This document shows positions 36,370 through 50,326 of a DNA stretch of 64,000 bases, piece after piece. Each line of letters begins with the position of its first letter. The stretch's first letter is position 1. The position numbers and the translations under genes were made by a program. The notes under the pieces were generated by a model. The model was not told the origin of the DNA, did no database searches, and worked only from the letters and a program-made list of their open reading frames with translations. This DNA comes from Squalus acanthias (lineage: Eukaryota): positions 157,668,001-157,732,000 of the forward strand of contig CM059431.1 in NCBI GenBank assembly GCA_030390025.1, read 5' to 3'.

Positions 36370-37550
36370 TGGCATTCGATAAGGTGCCACACAAAAAGTT
36401 ATTAAACAAAAGTAGGCCTCATGGGATTGGGTTAATATACTAAACTGGATTGAGCATTGGTTAATGGACAGAAAAGAGAGAGTTGGAATAAACGGGTCCT
36501 TTTCGGGTTGGCAGGCTGTAACTAGTGGGATACCGCAAGGATCAGTGCTTGGGCCTCAGCTATTAACAATCTACATCAATGATTTGGATGAGGGGACCAA
36601 ATGTAATATATCCAAGTTTGCTTATGATATAAAGCTGGGTTGAATGTAAGTTGTGAGGAGGTTGCAAGAAGGCTTCAAGGGGATATAGACAGGCTAAGTG
36701 AGTGGACCAGAATAAGGCAAAAGGAATATAACGTGGAGAAATGTGAAGTTATCCACTTTGGTAGGAATAATAGAAAAATAATGTCTTTTTTAAATTGTGA
36801 GAGATTGGGAAATGCTGTTATTCAGTGGGACCTGGGTGTCCCTGTACACGAATCACTGAAAGTTAACATGCAGGTACAGCAAGCAATTAGGAAAGCAAAT
36901 TGTATGTTGTCCTTCATTACAAGAGGATTATAGTATAAGAGTAAAGACGTCCTACGGCAATTATGTAGGGGCCTGGTGAAACCACACCTGAAGTATTGTG
37001 TACAGTTTTGTTCTCTTTACCTAAGGAAGGATATATTGCCACAGAGGGAATGCAACGAAGGTTCACCAGCCTGATTCCTGGGATGGGGGGATTGTCCTAT
37101 GAGGCTAAATTGAGTAGACTAGGCCTATGGTCTCTACATTTTAGAAGGATGATGGGTGATCTCATTCAAGCATACACAATTCTTACTGGACTTTTCAGGT
37201 TAAATGCTGGCAGGATGTTTCCCCTGGCTGGGGAGGCTAGAACCAGTTCTCACAGTCTCAGAATAAGGGATCGGCCATTTAGTACTGAGATGAGGAGAAA
37301 TCTCTTTACTCAGAATGTAGTGAATCTTTGGAATTCTCTACCCCAGAGGGCTGTGGAGGATTAATCGTTGAGCATATTCAAGAAAGAGATCGATAGATAT
37401 TTGAATATTAAGGGAATCAAGGGATATGTGAATAGTGCAGCAAGTGGAGATGAGGTAGAAGATCAGTCATGATCTCATTGAATGGCGGGCCATGCCCGAA
37501 GGGCCAAATGGCCTACTCCTGCTCCTATTTCTTATTTTCTTATGTTCTTA
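36370..37550 (+). mobile_element. CR1 3' segment (uninterrupted paralog of 31070-33660)
   Basis: ORFs 36640-36933 and 36996-37364; 3' tail. Confidence 0.92.
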
Positions 37551-39927
37551 CAACAACACGCAAGGGTAGATACCTGTGTGTTTTAGCCAATGTTTATATG
37601 AAGTTTCTGTCAATGTGCTGTCAAACATTGAAATCTTTACTTTCAACATTTTCATTTCTTGGACAGATTTGTGTGCACCTTTGGAAGTGGGTTAGTGAGT
37701 TGCAGTGAATGACGACATATAACGGTAGCTCTCGCAATGCTGATGAGTGTGAAAGAAATGGATTGTGCATTGTAGAGATGCTTTATGGTGTTGGTGTGGT
37801 GCACCATGTGGCAGCCAGGGGGTAAATCGTCAAAATAAACTAAATCTGGCCATGGTGTGGCCTACCCTGGCCTCCCGGGCAGCAGTTTCTCGGGTGCTGA
37901 TGCTCTGTGTCCTGTGCAGCATCAGTTGATTGTGGAGACATTTTGTGTTGTTATTGATGCTGCTGGTGCGCCTGGTGCTGCTGGTGCTGGGGCTGATCTT
38001 AGTGGGAATCTGAGGAGCAAGTTCACATAGTTTTGAAGCCACGGATGCAGATGTAATAGATGGTGGGTGAAGTTGAGATGACAGAAGCGATCTGTCAATG
38101 GTGAGAGAGGTTGTTCCAATGAGGTTGACACTGGATACAGGGTTTACTACAAAATCTTGCAACCTCCGTAAAGCTCAATCTGTCTTCCAAATGCAGTAAG
38201 CAACACTTCTGAGCTAGGAAAGTGAGCAGCTGTGAGATGGGAGCTTTTATAGCACATTTCCAGCTGTCAAGTAATGAGATTTTTCCATGGCAATTCAACT
38301 CAGGCCCTGCTTAACTGACGTGATCCTCGAGCAACGTGGGCGACCTGGTAAACTCTAAAGTTGAGCACAAAATTCTTTTAAAGTGGCTCTTAACAAGGTC
38401 ATAATGACATAAGTTGCCTCTCCCTCCGCTGCTTGTCTGGTCTGTTCAGAGTTGACATACCCGCCATCTGCGAAAGTCGCGTGGCGGAGAGTTGAAAACA
38501 AAATTCCCACCCGACCCATCACCAAACGCGCCCGCTGACTCCCCAAAAAATTCTCCCCTCAGTGTCTGACCCGGGTATTCAGGATCCCGGATGCCCGAGT
38601 AGCTCCCAGGTCGACATGTACTGGTCCTTAGAGCACAGGTAATTGATCTAAATGCACTGATATCAGGTTACACCTGGCGATTAGCGCCAGCTACAAATGT
38701 AGGGTGTTCGGGTGCTGCACAGCCAGGACCACAGAATCCAATCTCCTGCCCATAATGACAATATTAGAGGTCCGGTGGCACAGTGTTTATGTTACTGTCC
38801 TAGTAATCCAGAGTCCCGGACAAATGATCCGGAAACACGCGGTCTCGGTGTTCTGATCCAGCTGCCGGCCTCGGCCGATGGTTCTTGTTATTAAACTGAG
38901 AGCGGTGTTTGTCCCCATACTTTCTAGATTTACTTCCCTGCTCTTTTAGCACAGTCACGCGATTATTGTGGGAAACTTTTTTAACAGGAAATAAAAACAA
39001 GATGTTTCAGTTCTTTAAACAGGAACTGGAGTTTCATGAAATGACGTGTACATTCAAATGTTACAACATTCCGATGTGTAAAGAAGATGATTGTCAAATG
39101 TTTTGCCATCGGATTCTGTGTTTTAGCAACAATTTAAATGGTCACTGTTAACAGTAACAGATTTAAATGGTTTAAGACAATTAGATTTTCAGAGTTGACG
39201 GTGTCTATTTCTAACAATGACTATTTTATTGATGTATTTCTGTAGATGCGGCGCTGCTTAATGTTCTCTACAGCTGGAACTGACGGTGGATTCAGTAAAC
39301 CCGCAGTGTCAGGTCTGGTGGTGTAAAAATCCGTTATTGGAATCGCAGCTGCAAGGTTAGAAACACTGGCTGAATGTTCAGGGTTAATGTTCTGAACTAA
39401 ACTCCGAACATGTGATGTTGGTTTTGTTACTTCCATATTCAGTTATTTTCGCTGAGTGAGTTCCTCTATTGCCAGGTTAACAAACGGTCAGACCTCACTA
39501 CAAGAGGCTTTGGCTCCAATTTATATCCGAAAGACCGTCAAACATTCAGTGTAAATTCCTGTCTGTGCAGTCGGCACTCCAGGAGTAGGGACATCTTCTG
39601 AATAATTTTAATACAATGGCCACAACATTAAAATAAGATTATAAAGATGTTGTGTAGCAGCAGTAGGTTATATGGATAAACATAATTCGTAATACTTCCC
39701 CTTGCCATTGTTTAATAATGCTTCGTATATTGATAAAGCCTGTTTCAACCACTTTTTGAAAAGAGATCATTGCTCCAGGTGTTCGCACATGTTCCAACAT
39801 TTGCATATGTCCGCCTGCCGTTCTTGGCCTCTTCCTACAGATGCAGTGAAAAGACATTTCAGTTCATCAGTTTGAGTTTGAGCAATGCCATCAAGATCCC
39901 CCCATAATGAATTAATTCTTGTTTCTA

Positions 39928-40885
39928 AACTTGGATGAAGAGACCGACTGTACTGTAGCCGAATTGGCTGATGATACAAATACAGGTGGGTTCGGAAGTT
40001 GTGAGGAGGACACAAAGAGTCTGCAAATGGACAGAGAAAGGTTAAGTGAGTGTGTAAAAATTGGCAGATGGAGAATAATGTGGGAAAATGTGAAGTTATC
40101 CACTTTTGAAGGAAGAATGAAAAAGCAAATTATTATTTAACTGAGTGAGACTACAAAGGGATCTGGGGGTCCGAGTACCTGAAACACAAACAGTTAGCAT
40201 GCAGGTACAGCAAGTAATTAGGAAGGCTAATGGAATGTTGGCCTTTATTGCAAGGGGTATGAAGTATAAAAGTAGGGAAATTATGATGCAACTTTACAGG
40301 GCGCTGGTCAGACCGCACCTGGAGTACTGCGTACAGTTTTAGTCTCCATATTTAAGGAAGGATATATTTGCATTTGAGGCAGTGCAGAGAAGGTTCAGTT
40401 GGTTGATTCCTGGGATGAAGGGGTTGACATATGTCGAAAGGTTGAGCAGTTTGGGCCGATACTCATTGGAGTTTTGAAGAATGCGAGGTGATCTTATTAA
40501 AACATAAGATTATGAGGGGAATGATAGGGTGGATTATGGGAGGATGTTTCCCCTAGTGGGGGTATCTAGAACTAGGGGGCATAGTTTCAGAATAAGGGGT
40601 CATACATTTAAGACGGAGATGAGGATCAATTTCTTCTCTCAGAGGGTCGTGATCTTTGGAATTCTCTACCCCAGATAGCTGTGGAGGTGGAGTCATTGAA
40701 TATATTGAAGGCGTAGATTGACAGATATTTGAACCTCAAGGGGTTCCAGGGGTATGGGGAGAGAGCCAGAAAGTGGTCTTGAGGCCAAGATTGGATCAGC
40801 CATCATCTTATTGAATGGCGGAGCAGGCTCGAGGGGTCGATTGGCCTATTCCTGCTCATGTTTCTTAAGTTCTTATGTTCTTATA
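39928..40885 (+). mobile_element. CR1 3' segment inserted at the duplication junction
   Basis: ADDTNTGG (39919-40140), QRDLGV..RPHLEYCVQF (40145-40342), ttcttatgttctt tail; absent at the equivalent site near 36040. Confidence 0.92.
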
Positions 40886-41219
40886 TAAAGCACACTTCCT
40901 GTAAGATTCAGATTTACTTTTGGCACATTTAATCTCCTGTCACATTCATTTCCTTTTACACTTCCGACACCAGTTCTACTGCAAACTTTCACTCTTTCCA
41001 AATGGCAGTGGATCTGCTAGTTCTAATTACATGAGGCACGTTTATCCATCTTACAACTGTTTAGAGAGAGCCTTTATGTGATAGACTTTTAATATTGGTT
41101 ACAAATAATTAACACATGCGAGTACTATCGGACAATACAAGACCATAGACAAATAGGAACAAGTGGAGTCCATTCAGGCCCTCTGTCCTGTTCCGCCAAT
41201 AAATTACATAAGAGCAGGC

Positions 41220-41575
41220 AATGTAGCCTGGCGCTGTTGCGCAGGCGCAGTCTTGCTCCCTTGCTCTCACGCAGGCGCAGTCTTACTCCCTGCCGTTATT
41301 CCGGAGATTCCCGGTCACGGGTCAGTTTGCCTCTTGTGCCGGGCGGTGCACAGCGATCGGTGAGAGACGGTAAGGAACAGGATCGTTCTCCGGGATACAG
41401 GGGAGTCGCAACCGTTAATGCGTGGAAGTCCAGTGGGCGGGATTTGCTGTGTGCCGGGCGGCGCGGGCCGGTGTGTGAGTGACGGTAAGAAACAGGATCG
41501 TTGCCGCGATCTGTGACTGAGTGAACTCGGCTCCATTCAGCGCACGGCCTGACAGCTCGGCTGCTCAGCCCAGCG
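41220..41575 (+). promoter_or_regulatory. CpG island; candidate promoter and non-coding first exon(s)
   Basis: CpG-dense, non-TE sequence; two (g/a)cgcaggcgcag NRF1-like motifs, GC box gggcggg, and two ACG|GTAAG donors (~41370, ~41485). Confidence 0.55.
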
Positions 41576-41624
41576 TTTATATCACAGTGAGGGACTTTAA
41601 AGTGTAGCAGGTTTGTTTCGGAAT

Positions 41625-41950
41625 ATAAATCCCACGGAAATGTATTGAAACAGGGCAGAATACAGGGAAAGGTCCGGGATATAAACCCCAGGGAATGGAC
41701 TGAACTAGGTCAGAATAAAGGGGCAGCTCCGGGATATAATCCCCCAGGGAATGGACTGAACCGGGTCATAATACAGGGGATAGCCCGGGATATAAACCCC
41801 AGGGAATGGACTGAGCCGAGCCATAATACAGGTGAAGGTAGGAGATATAAACCCCAGATAATGGACTGAATAGGGTCATAATACAAGAGATGCTCCGGGC
41901 CAAAAGCAACCAGGAATGTATTGAACCTGTCCTGATACGGGGAATGGTCG
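41625..41950 (+). repeat. ~50-bp minisatellite (ccgggatataaaccccagggaatggactgaaccgggtcataatacagggg..)
   Basis: About 6 imperfect copies. Confidence 0.9.
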
Positions 41951-43364
41951 GGGAATGGAGGATGGGCCCCAAAGAGATCGGACAATTTCTGCAGTGTGGA
42001 GAAAAAAGGCGCTTTTCCGGCTTGGTGAGGGAAAATGCGGAACTCTCAGGCTGCCGGACTTTCACTATGAGGAAAAATACCAAATTAAACACAAAGCCTC
42101 GGAGCTGAGGGTTTGGAGTGTTGTGCAAGATAGAATGCAACTGCCAGTGATGTCAGGTGGTGTTTTACATGGGGAGGATGGGTCCAGTGAGATCAGACAG
42201 TGTGTAACCGGGTAGGATGGGCGCAGCGAGATCAGACAGTGGGTAACCCGTAGAGGATGGGTCCAGTGAGATCAGACAGTGTGTAACACGGGGACGATGG
42301 GTCCAGTGAGATCAGACAGTGTGTAACCGGGTAGGATGGGCGCAGCGAGATCAGACAGTGGGTAACCCGGTGAGGATGGGTCCAGTGAGATCAGACAGTG
42401 TGTACCCGGGGAGGTTGGGCCCAGTGAGATCAGACTGTGTGTAACCCTTTGAGGATGGGCCCAGTGACATCAGACAGTGTATAAGACGGGGAGGATGGGC
42501 CCAGTGAGGTCAGACAGTGTGCAAATCGGGGAGGATGGGTCCAGCGCGATCAGACAGTGTGTAAGACGGGGAGGATGGGCCCAATGAGGTCAGACAGTGT
42601 GCAAACCGGGGAGGATCGGCCCAGTGAGATCAGACAGTGTGTAACCCGGGGAGGATGGGCACAGTGAAGTCAGACAGTGTGTAACCCGGGGCTAGTCGGC
42701 CCAGTGAGATCAGACAGTGTGTAACCCGATTGGGATGGTCCCAGTGAGATCAGACAGTTTGTAACCCGGGGAGGGTGGGCCCAGTAAGATCATGCATTGT
42801 GTCAGACGGGGAGGATAGGCACAGTGAAATCAGACAGTGTGTAACCTGGCGAGGATGGTCCCAGTGAGATCAGACAGTGTGTAACCCGGGGAGGATCGTC
42901 CCAGTGAGATCAGGCAGTGTGTAATCCAGGGAGGATGGGCCCAGTGAGATCAGACAGTGTGTAACTCGGGGAGGATGGACCAAGTGAGATCAGACAGTGT
43001 TTAACTCGGGGAGGATGGACCAAGTGAGATCAGACAGTGTGTAACCCGGGGAGAATGGGCCCAGTGAGATCAGACAGTGTGTAACCCGTGGAGGATGGGC
43101 CCAGTGAGATCAGACAGTGTGTAACCCGTGGAGGATGGGTCCAGTGAGATCAATCAGTTTTACCCCGGCGAGGATGTGCCCAGTGGGATCAGACATTGTG
43201 TAACCCGCGGAGTTTTGGGCCCAGTGAAATCTGACAGTGTGTAACTCGGGAAGGGTGGGACCAGTGAGATCAGACAGTTTGTGTACACCGGGGAGGATGG
43301 GCCCAGTGAAGACATACAGTGTGTAACCCTTGGGGGGGGGGGGGGGATGATCTCATTGAGATCA

Positions 43365-43586
43365 TGATGCGGAGATGCCGGTGTTGGACTGGGGTGGACA
43401 AAAAATGAGAAGTCGCACAACACCAGGTTATAGTCGAACAGATTTATTTAAAATTACGAGCTTTCGGAGCTGTCGCCCCTTCGACAGGTAAAGGTACCTT
43501 TACCAGACGAAGAGGCGACAGCAACGAAAGCTCGTAATTTTAAATACATCTGTTGGACTATAACCTGGTGTTGTGCGACTTCTCAT
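43365..43586. mobile_element. Miniature palindromic Penelope pLTR element
   Basis: Inverted arms 43405-43495 and 43496-43586, one-sided ~40-nt tail, TSD cattgagatca (43354-43364 and 43587-43597). Confidence 0.9.
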
Positions 43587-45737
43587 CATTGAGATCAGAC
43601 AGTGTGTAAGCCACGGAGGTTGGGCCCAGTGAGATCAGACAGTGCGTAATCCGGGGTGGTGGGGGGCGGGGCACTGATGTAAAACAGTGTGTAACACGGG
43701 GAGGATGGGCCAGTGAGATCAGATAGTGTGTAACCCGGGGAGGATGGGCCCAGTGAGATCAGACAGTGTGTATCCCTTTGAGGATGGGCCCAGTGAGGTC
43801 AGACAGTGTGTAACCCGGGGAGGATGGGCCCAGTGAGATCATACAGTGTGTATCCCTTTGAGGATGGGCCCAGTGAGGTCAGACAGTGTGTAACCATGGA
43901 GGGATTGATCCAGTGAGGTCAGGCAGTGTATAACCCGGGGAGAATGGGCCCAGTGAGATCAGACAGTGTGTAACCCGGGGAGGTTGGGCCCAGTGAGCTC
44001 AGACAGCGGATAAAACGTGTGGGATGTGCCCAGTGAAATCAGACGGTATGTAATCTGCAGTGGATGGTTCCATTGAGATCAGACAGTGTGTATCCATTTG
44101 AGGATGGGCCCAGTGAGATCAGACAGTTTGTAAACCGGGGAGGATGCGCCCAATGTGGGCAGACAGTGTATAACCCGGGCAGGATGGGCCCAGTGAGATC
44201 TGACAGTGTGTATCCCTTTGAAGCTGGTCCCAGTGAGGTCAGACAGTCTGTAACCCTGGAGGGATTGGTCCAGTGAGGTCAGGCAACGTGTAACCCGGGG
44301 AGGAAGGGCCCAGTGAGATCAGACATTGTCTAACACGGGGAGAATGGGCCCAGTGAGATCAAACAGTTTGTAGCCAGGGGAGGATGGGCCCAGTGAAATC
44401 AGACAGTGTGTAACTCGGGGAGGATGGGCCCATTGAGATCACACAGTGTGTAACTCGGGGAGGATGTGCCCAGTGAGATTAGACCGTGTGTATCCAGGGG
44501 AGGATGGGCCCTTTGAAATCAGACTGTATGTATCCCGTTCAGGATTGGCCCAGTGATATGAGACAGTTTGTAACTCGGTATGGATTGGCCCAGTGAGATC
44601 AGACAGTGTGTAGCCCTTTGAGAATGGGCCCAGTGAGGTCAGACAGTGTGGAACACTGTGAGGATGGGCCCAGGGAGGTCAGGCTGTGTGTAACCCGGGG
44701 AGAATGGGCCAAGTGAGATCAGACAGTGTGTAACCCGGGAAGGTTGGGCCCAGTGAGATCAAACAGTTAGTAGCCCTGGGAGGATGGGCCCAGTGAATCA
44801 GACAGTGTGTTACTCGGGGAGGATGTGCCCAGTGAGATTAGACCGTGTGTAGCCCGGGAAAGGTGGGCCCACTGAAATCAGACTGTATGTATCCCGTTCA
44901 GGATGGGCCCAGTGAGACCAGACAGTGTGTATCCATATGACGATGGGCCCAGTGAGGTCATACAGTGTGTAACCCGGGGAGGATGGGCCCAGTGAGTTCA
45001 GGCAGTGTGTAACCCGGGGAATGGAACCAGTGAGATCAGACAGTGTGTAATCCGGGGAGGGTAGGACCAGTGAGATCAGACAGTATGTAAACCGGGGAGT
45101 ATGGGTCCAGTGAGATCTATCAGTTTTAACCCGGGGAGGATGTGCCCAGTGGGATCAGACAGTGTGTAACCCGCGGAGGTTTCAGCCCTGTGCAATCTGA
45201 CAGTGTGTAACTCGGGGAGGTTGGGACCAGTGAGATCAGACAGTGTGTCACACGGGGAGGATGGGCCCAGTGAGGTCAGACAATTTGTAACCCGGGAGGG
45301 ATTGGTCCAGTGAGGTCAGGCAGTTTGTAACCCGGGGAGAATGGGCCCAGTGAGATCAGACTGAGTGTAACCCGGGGAGGATGGGCCCAGTGAGCTCAGA
45401 CAGTGTAACCCGGGGAGGATGGGCCCAGTGAGATCAGACAGCGGATAACACGGGGAGGATGTGCCCAGTGAAATCAGACGGTATGTAATCTGGGGTGGAT
45501 TGTTCCATTGAGATCAGACAGTGCGTATCCCTTTGAGGATGGGCACAGTGAGATCAGACAGTATGTAACCCGGGAGGATGGGACCAGTGAGATCAGACAT
45601 TGTGTATCCTTTTGAAGATGGGCCCAGTGAGGTCAGACAGTGTGTAATCCTGGAGGGATTGGTCCAGTGAGGTCAGGCAACGTGTAACTCGGGGAGGAAG
45701 GGCCCAGTGAGATGAGACATTGTGTAACCCGGGGAGG

Positions 45738-48700
45738 ATAGAAACATAGAAGATAGGAGCAGGAGTAGGCCATTCGGCCCCTCGAGCCTGCTCCGCTATT
45801 CGATGAGATCATGGCTGATCATCCAAACCCAGTACCCTGTACCTGCCTTCTCCCCATATCCCTTGATACCTTTAGCTTTAAGAAATATATCTAACTCATT
45901 CTTGAATATATTTAATGAATTGGCCTCGACTACCTTCTGTGGTAGAGAATTACACACGTTCACCAGTCTCTGGGTGAACAAATTCTTCCTCATTTCTGCC
46001 TTAAATGGCTTACCCGTTATCCTTAGTTGATCACCCCTGGTTCTGGACTCTCCGACAATCGAGAACATTCTTCCTGCATCTAGTTTGTCCAGACCTGTCA
46101 GAATTGTTATGTTTCGATGAGATCCCCTCTCATTCTTCTATACTCCAGCGAGTATAAGCCCAATCGACCCAATCTCTCCACATATGTCATTCTTGCCAGC
46201 CCAGATATCAGCCTTGTGAATCTTAGCTGAACTCCTTCCATGGCAAGAACTTCCTTCCTCAGATAAGGCGACCAAAACTGCACACAGTAATCAAGGTGTG
46301 GTTTCACTAAGGCCCTGTACAACTGCAGCAGGACATCCCTGTTCCTATACTCAAACCCTTTCGCTATGAAGGCCAACATACCATTTGCCTTCTACACCGC
46401 CTGCTGCACCTGCATGCTTACTTTCAGCGACTGGTGCACAAGGACACCCAGGTCTCGTTGCACTTCCCATTCTCCCAATCTATTGCCATTCAGATAATAG
46501 TCTGCATTTCTGTTTTTGACACCAAAGTGGATAACCTCGCATTTATCCACGTTATATTGCATCTGCCACGCTTCTGCCCACTCACCCAACCTGTCCAAAT
46601 CATCCTGGAGTTTCTCGGTATCATCTTCGCAGCACACACTCTCACCCAGCTTTGTGTCATCTGCAAACTTGGAGATATTACTTTTAGTTCCCTTATCTAG
46701 ATCATTAATGTATATTGTGAATAGCTGGGGTCCAAGAACCGATCCCTGCGGTACCCCACTAGTCACTGCGTGCCACTCGTTAAAAGACCCATTAATTCCT
46801 ACTCTCTGCTTTCTGTCCGCCAACCAGTTCTCTATCCAAGTCAATACCTTGCCCCCAATCCCATGTGCCTTAACTTTACATGCTAATCTCTTTTGCGGGA
46901 CCTTATCGAAAGCCTTTTGAAAGTCCAAATAAACCACATCTACTGGTTCTCCCTTATATATTTTCCCAGTTACATCCTCAAAAAATTCCAGTAGATTAGT
47001 CAAGCACGATTTACCTTTTGTAAATCCATGTTGACTTTGTCCGATCCTGTCACTGTTTTTCAAGTGCTCAGATATTACATCCTTTATAATGGACTCTAGC
47101 ATTTTCCCCACCACCGGTGTCAGGCTTACCGGTCTGTAATTCCCCGCTTTCTCTCTGCAACCCTTTTTGAATAGTGGGGTAATATTAGCTACCCTCCAAT
47201 CCATGGGTACAGTTCCAGATTCCATCGAATGTTGGAAGATGATCAGCAATGCATCTACTATTTCTAGGGCCACTTCCTTAAGTACCCTAGGATATAGATT
47301 ATCAGGCCCTGGGGATTTATCGGCCTTCAATCCCGTCAATTTCCCTAACACCATTTCCCTGCAAATACTGATTTCTTTCAGTTCCTCCCTTTCATCAGAC
47401 CGTATGTTCTCCAACATCTCTGGGAGGTTATTTGTGTCCTCCTTTGTGAAGACAGAACCAAAATAAGCATTTAAATGGTCTGCCATTTCTTTGTTCCCCA
47501 TTATTACTTCCCCCGCTTCTGACTGCAATGGACCTACACTTGATTTCACTAATCTTTTTCTCTTCACATATCTATAAAAGCTCTTACAGTCAGTTTCTAT
47601 TTTACCAGCAAGCTTACTTTCATATTCTATTTTCCCCTTCTTAATTAATCCCTTTGTCCTCCTTTGTTCAATCCTAAACTGCTCCCAATACTCAGGGTTA
47701 CCGCTTTTTCTGGTCAATTTATATGCCCTCTCCTTGAATCTTATGCTGTCCTTAATTTCCCTTGTTCGCCACGGTTGAGTCGCCCTTTTTGTTTTATTCT
47801 TATCCCACACTGGGATGAACAAATTCTGTAGTTCATCCATGCAGTCTTTGAATGTTTGCCATTGCCTATACAACATCAACCCCTTGAGTGACATTCCCCA
47901 ATCAATCCTACCGAATTCGCGCCTCCTACCATCGTAGTTTCCTTTATTTAAATTCAGGACCCCAGTCTCTGATTCAACTATTTCACTCTCCATCCTAATG
48001 AAGAATTTAAATATTATGATCACTCTGACCCAAGGGGCCTCGTACAACAAGATTGCTAATTAATCCTTTCTCGTTACATAATACCCAGTCTAAGATGGCC
48101 CAATCTCTGGTTGGTTCCTCGACATATTGTTCCAGAAAACCATCCCGTAAACATTCTGGGAATTCCTCCTCCACAGTATTTTTATAATTTTGTTAGCCCA
48201 ATCTATATGTAAATTAAAGTCACCCATGATGACTGCTGTGCCCTTACTGCATGCTTCTCTAATTTCCCTTTTAATGCCGTCCCCAAACTCCGTATTACTA
48301 TTTGGAGGTCTATATACCACACCCACTAACGTTTTCTGCCCCTTGTTATTTCTCAGTTCTACCCATACAGATTCCGCATCATCACGGCTAATATCCTTCC
48401 TTTCAATTGTGTCAATCCCCTCTTTAACCAGCATTGCTACCCCACCTCCCTTTCTTTTTTGCCTATCTCTCCTAAATATTGAATAACCCTGGATGTTGAG
48501 TTCCCAGCCTTGGCCACCCTGGAGCCATGTTTGTGTAATCCAAATCAAATCATATGCATTTACCTCTATTTGCGCAGCTAATCCATCCACCTTGTTCCGA
48601 ATGCTCCTTGCATTAAGACACAAAGCCTTCAGCCTTGTTTCTTTAACAACTCAGACCTATATGAATTATTATTTTCTGTGACCATGTTTGATTTAAACCG

Positions 48701-50326
48701 TTGAGTTCTTTGCCTTCTACTTTTGTTTTTCTCCTTCCTGTCTTTAGCTTTTATCATTGCTTCCCTTTCCTCTGTTTCCCTGCTCACGTTCCCAACCCCC
48801 TGCCACTTTAGTTTAAACCCTCCCCAACAGCACTAGCAAACACTCCCCCTAGGACATCGGTCCGGCCCTGCCCAGGTGCAGACCGTCCCGTTTGTACTGT
48901 TCCCACCTCCCCCAGAACTGGTTCTAATGTCCAAGGAATTTGAATCCCTCCCCCTTGCACCATTCCTCTAGCCACGTATTCATTTGAAATATCTTCCTAT
49001 TTCTACTCTGACTAGCACGTGGCACTGGTAGCAATCCTGAGATTACTACCTTTGAGGTCCTATTTTTTAATTTACCTCCTAACTCCCTATATTCTGCTTT
49101 TAGGACCTAATCCCGTTTTTTTACCTATATCGCTGATGCCTATGTGCACCACGACAACTGGCTGTTCGCCCTCCCCCTCCAAAATGTTCTGTAGCCGCTC
49201 CGAGACGTCCTTGACCCTTGCACCAGGGAGGCAACACGTCATCCTGGAGTCTCGTTTGCAGCCGCAGAAACGCCTATCTATTCCCCTTACAATTGAATCC
49301 CCTATCACTATAGCTCTTCCAGACTTTTTACTTCCAGCCTGTGCAGCAGAGCCACCCATGGTGCCAGGATGTTGGCTGCTGCCGCCTTCCCCTGATAAGT
49401 CATCCCCCCCAACAGCATCCAAAGTGGTATATCTGTTTGAGAGGGGGATGGCCACAGGGGACCCCTGCACTACCTGGCTGCACCTCTTAATCTGCCTGGT
49501 GGTCACCCATTCACTTCCTGCCTGTACACCCTTTACCTGCGATGTGACCAACTCGCTAAACGTGTTAACCACGACGTTCGCAGCGTCGCAAAAGCTCCAA
49601 TATGCATCCATCTGCAGCTCCAGCACCGCAATGCGGTCCGTCAGTAGCTGCAGCTGAATACATTTCCCACACACATGGTCGTCAGGGACACAGGAAGCGT
49701 CCCTGATTTCCCACATGTTGCAGGAGGAGCATATCACGGGGCGGAGCTCTCCTGCCATGACTTACCCTTTAATTAATTAATTAAAAATAAACTAATTGAA
49801 TCCCGCCAATTTCACTTCAATTAATTGATATATACAAGGGCCCTTGCTTGACATCAGTCCCCGCTACACCAGAGACTCTAGAAACTATAAACCACAGAAT
49901 TTAAGTATGGAAAAAAGGAGAAAGAGAGAAATACTCACCAACCAATCACTTACCTGCTTTCTGGTGACGTCACACTTTGCTTATTTTATACTTCTCTCTC
50001 TCCCGCTCTCTGGGCTCAGATTGGTAAGCCTACCTGGTCGCTGCCGCCTTTTACCGCCGCCGCCTCGCCGCTGTCGCTCCACCCAGGTCCGCCGCCTCTG
50101 TGGGCCTACGTGGTCGCTGCCGCCTTTTACTGCCGCCGCCTCGCCGCTGTCGCTCCACCCAGGTCCGCCGCCTCTGTGGGTCTACCTGGTCGTTGCCGCC
50201 TTTTACCGCCGCCGCTTCGCTGCTGTCACTCTAACCAGGTCCGCCGCCGCTGTGGGCCTACCTGGTCGCTGCCGCCTTTTACCGCCGCTGCCTCGCCGCT
50301 GTCGCTCCAACCAGGTCCGCCGCCTC
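45738..50326 (-). mobile_element. Near full-length CR1 LINE (monomeric 5'UTR, ORF1 esterase, ORF2 APE-RT, 3' tail) with a few disablements
   Basis: ORF1 49087-49758 (CSSC..CGKC, GDSIVRG); ORF2 pieces 48090-48623, 46392-48050 (NYRPVSLT, QHGF, DFQKAFD, GVPQGS, FADD), 46107-46379, 45796-46068. Confidence 0.97.

Larger units (their letters stand above)
30755..41210 (+). repeat. Tandem segmental duplication, ~3.9-kb base unit: copy 1 ~30755-36035, copy 2 ~36040-39927, start of copy 3 ~40886-41210
   Basis: ttccaaatggcag..ctgctagttctaattac at ~30846, ~36150 and ~40996; 33660-36035 is colinear with 37550-39927. Confidence 0.92.
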
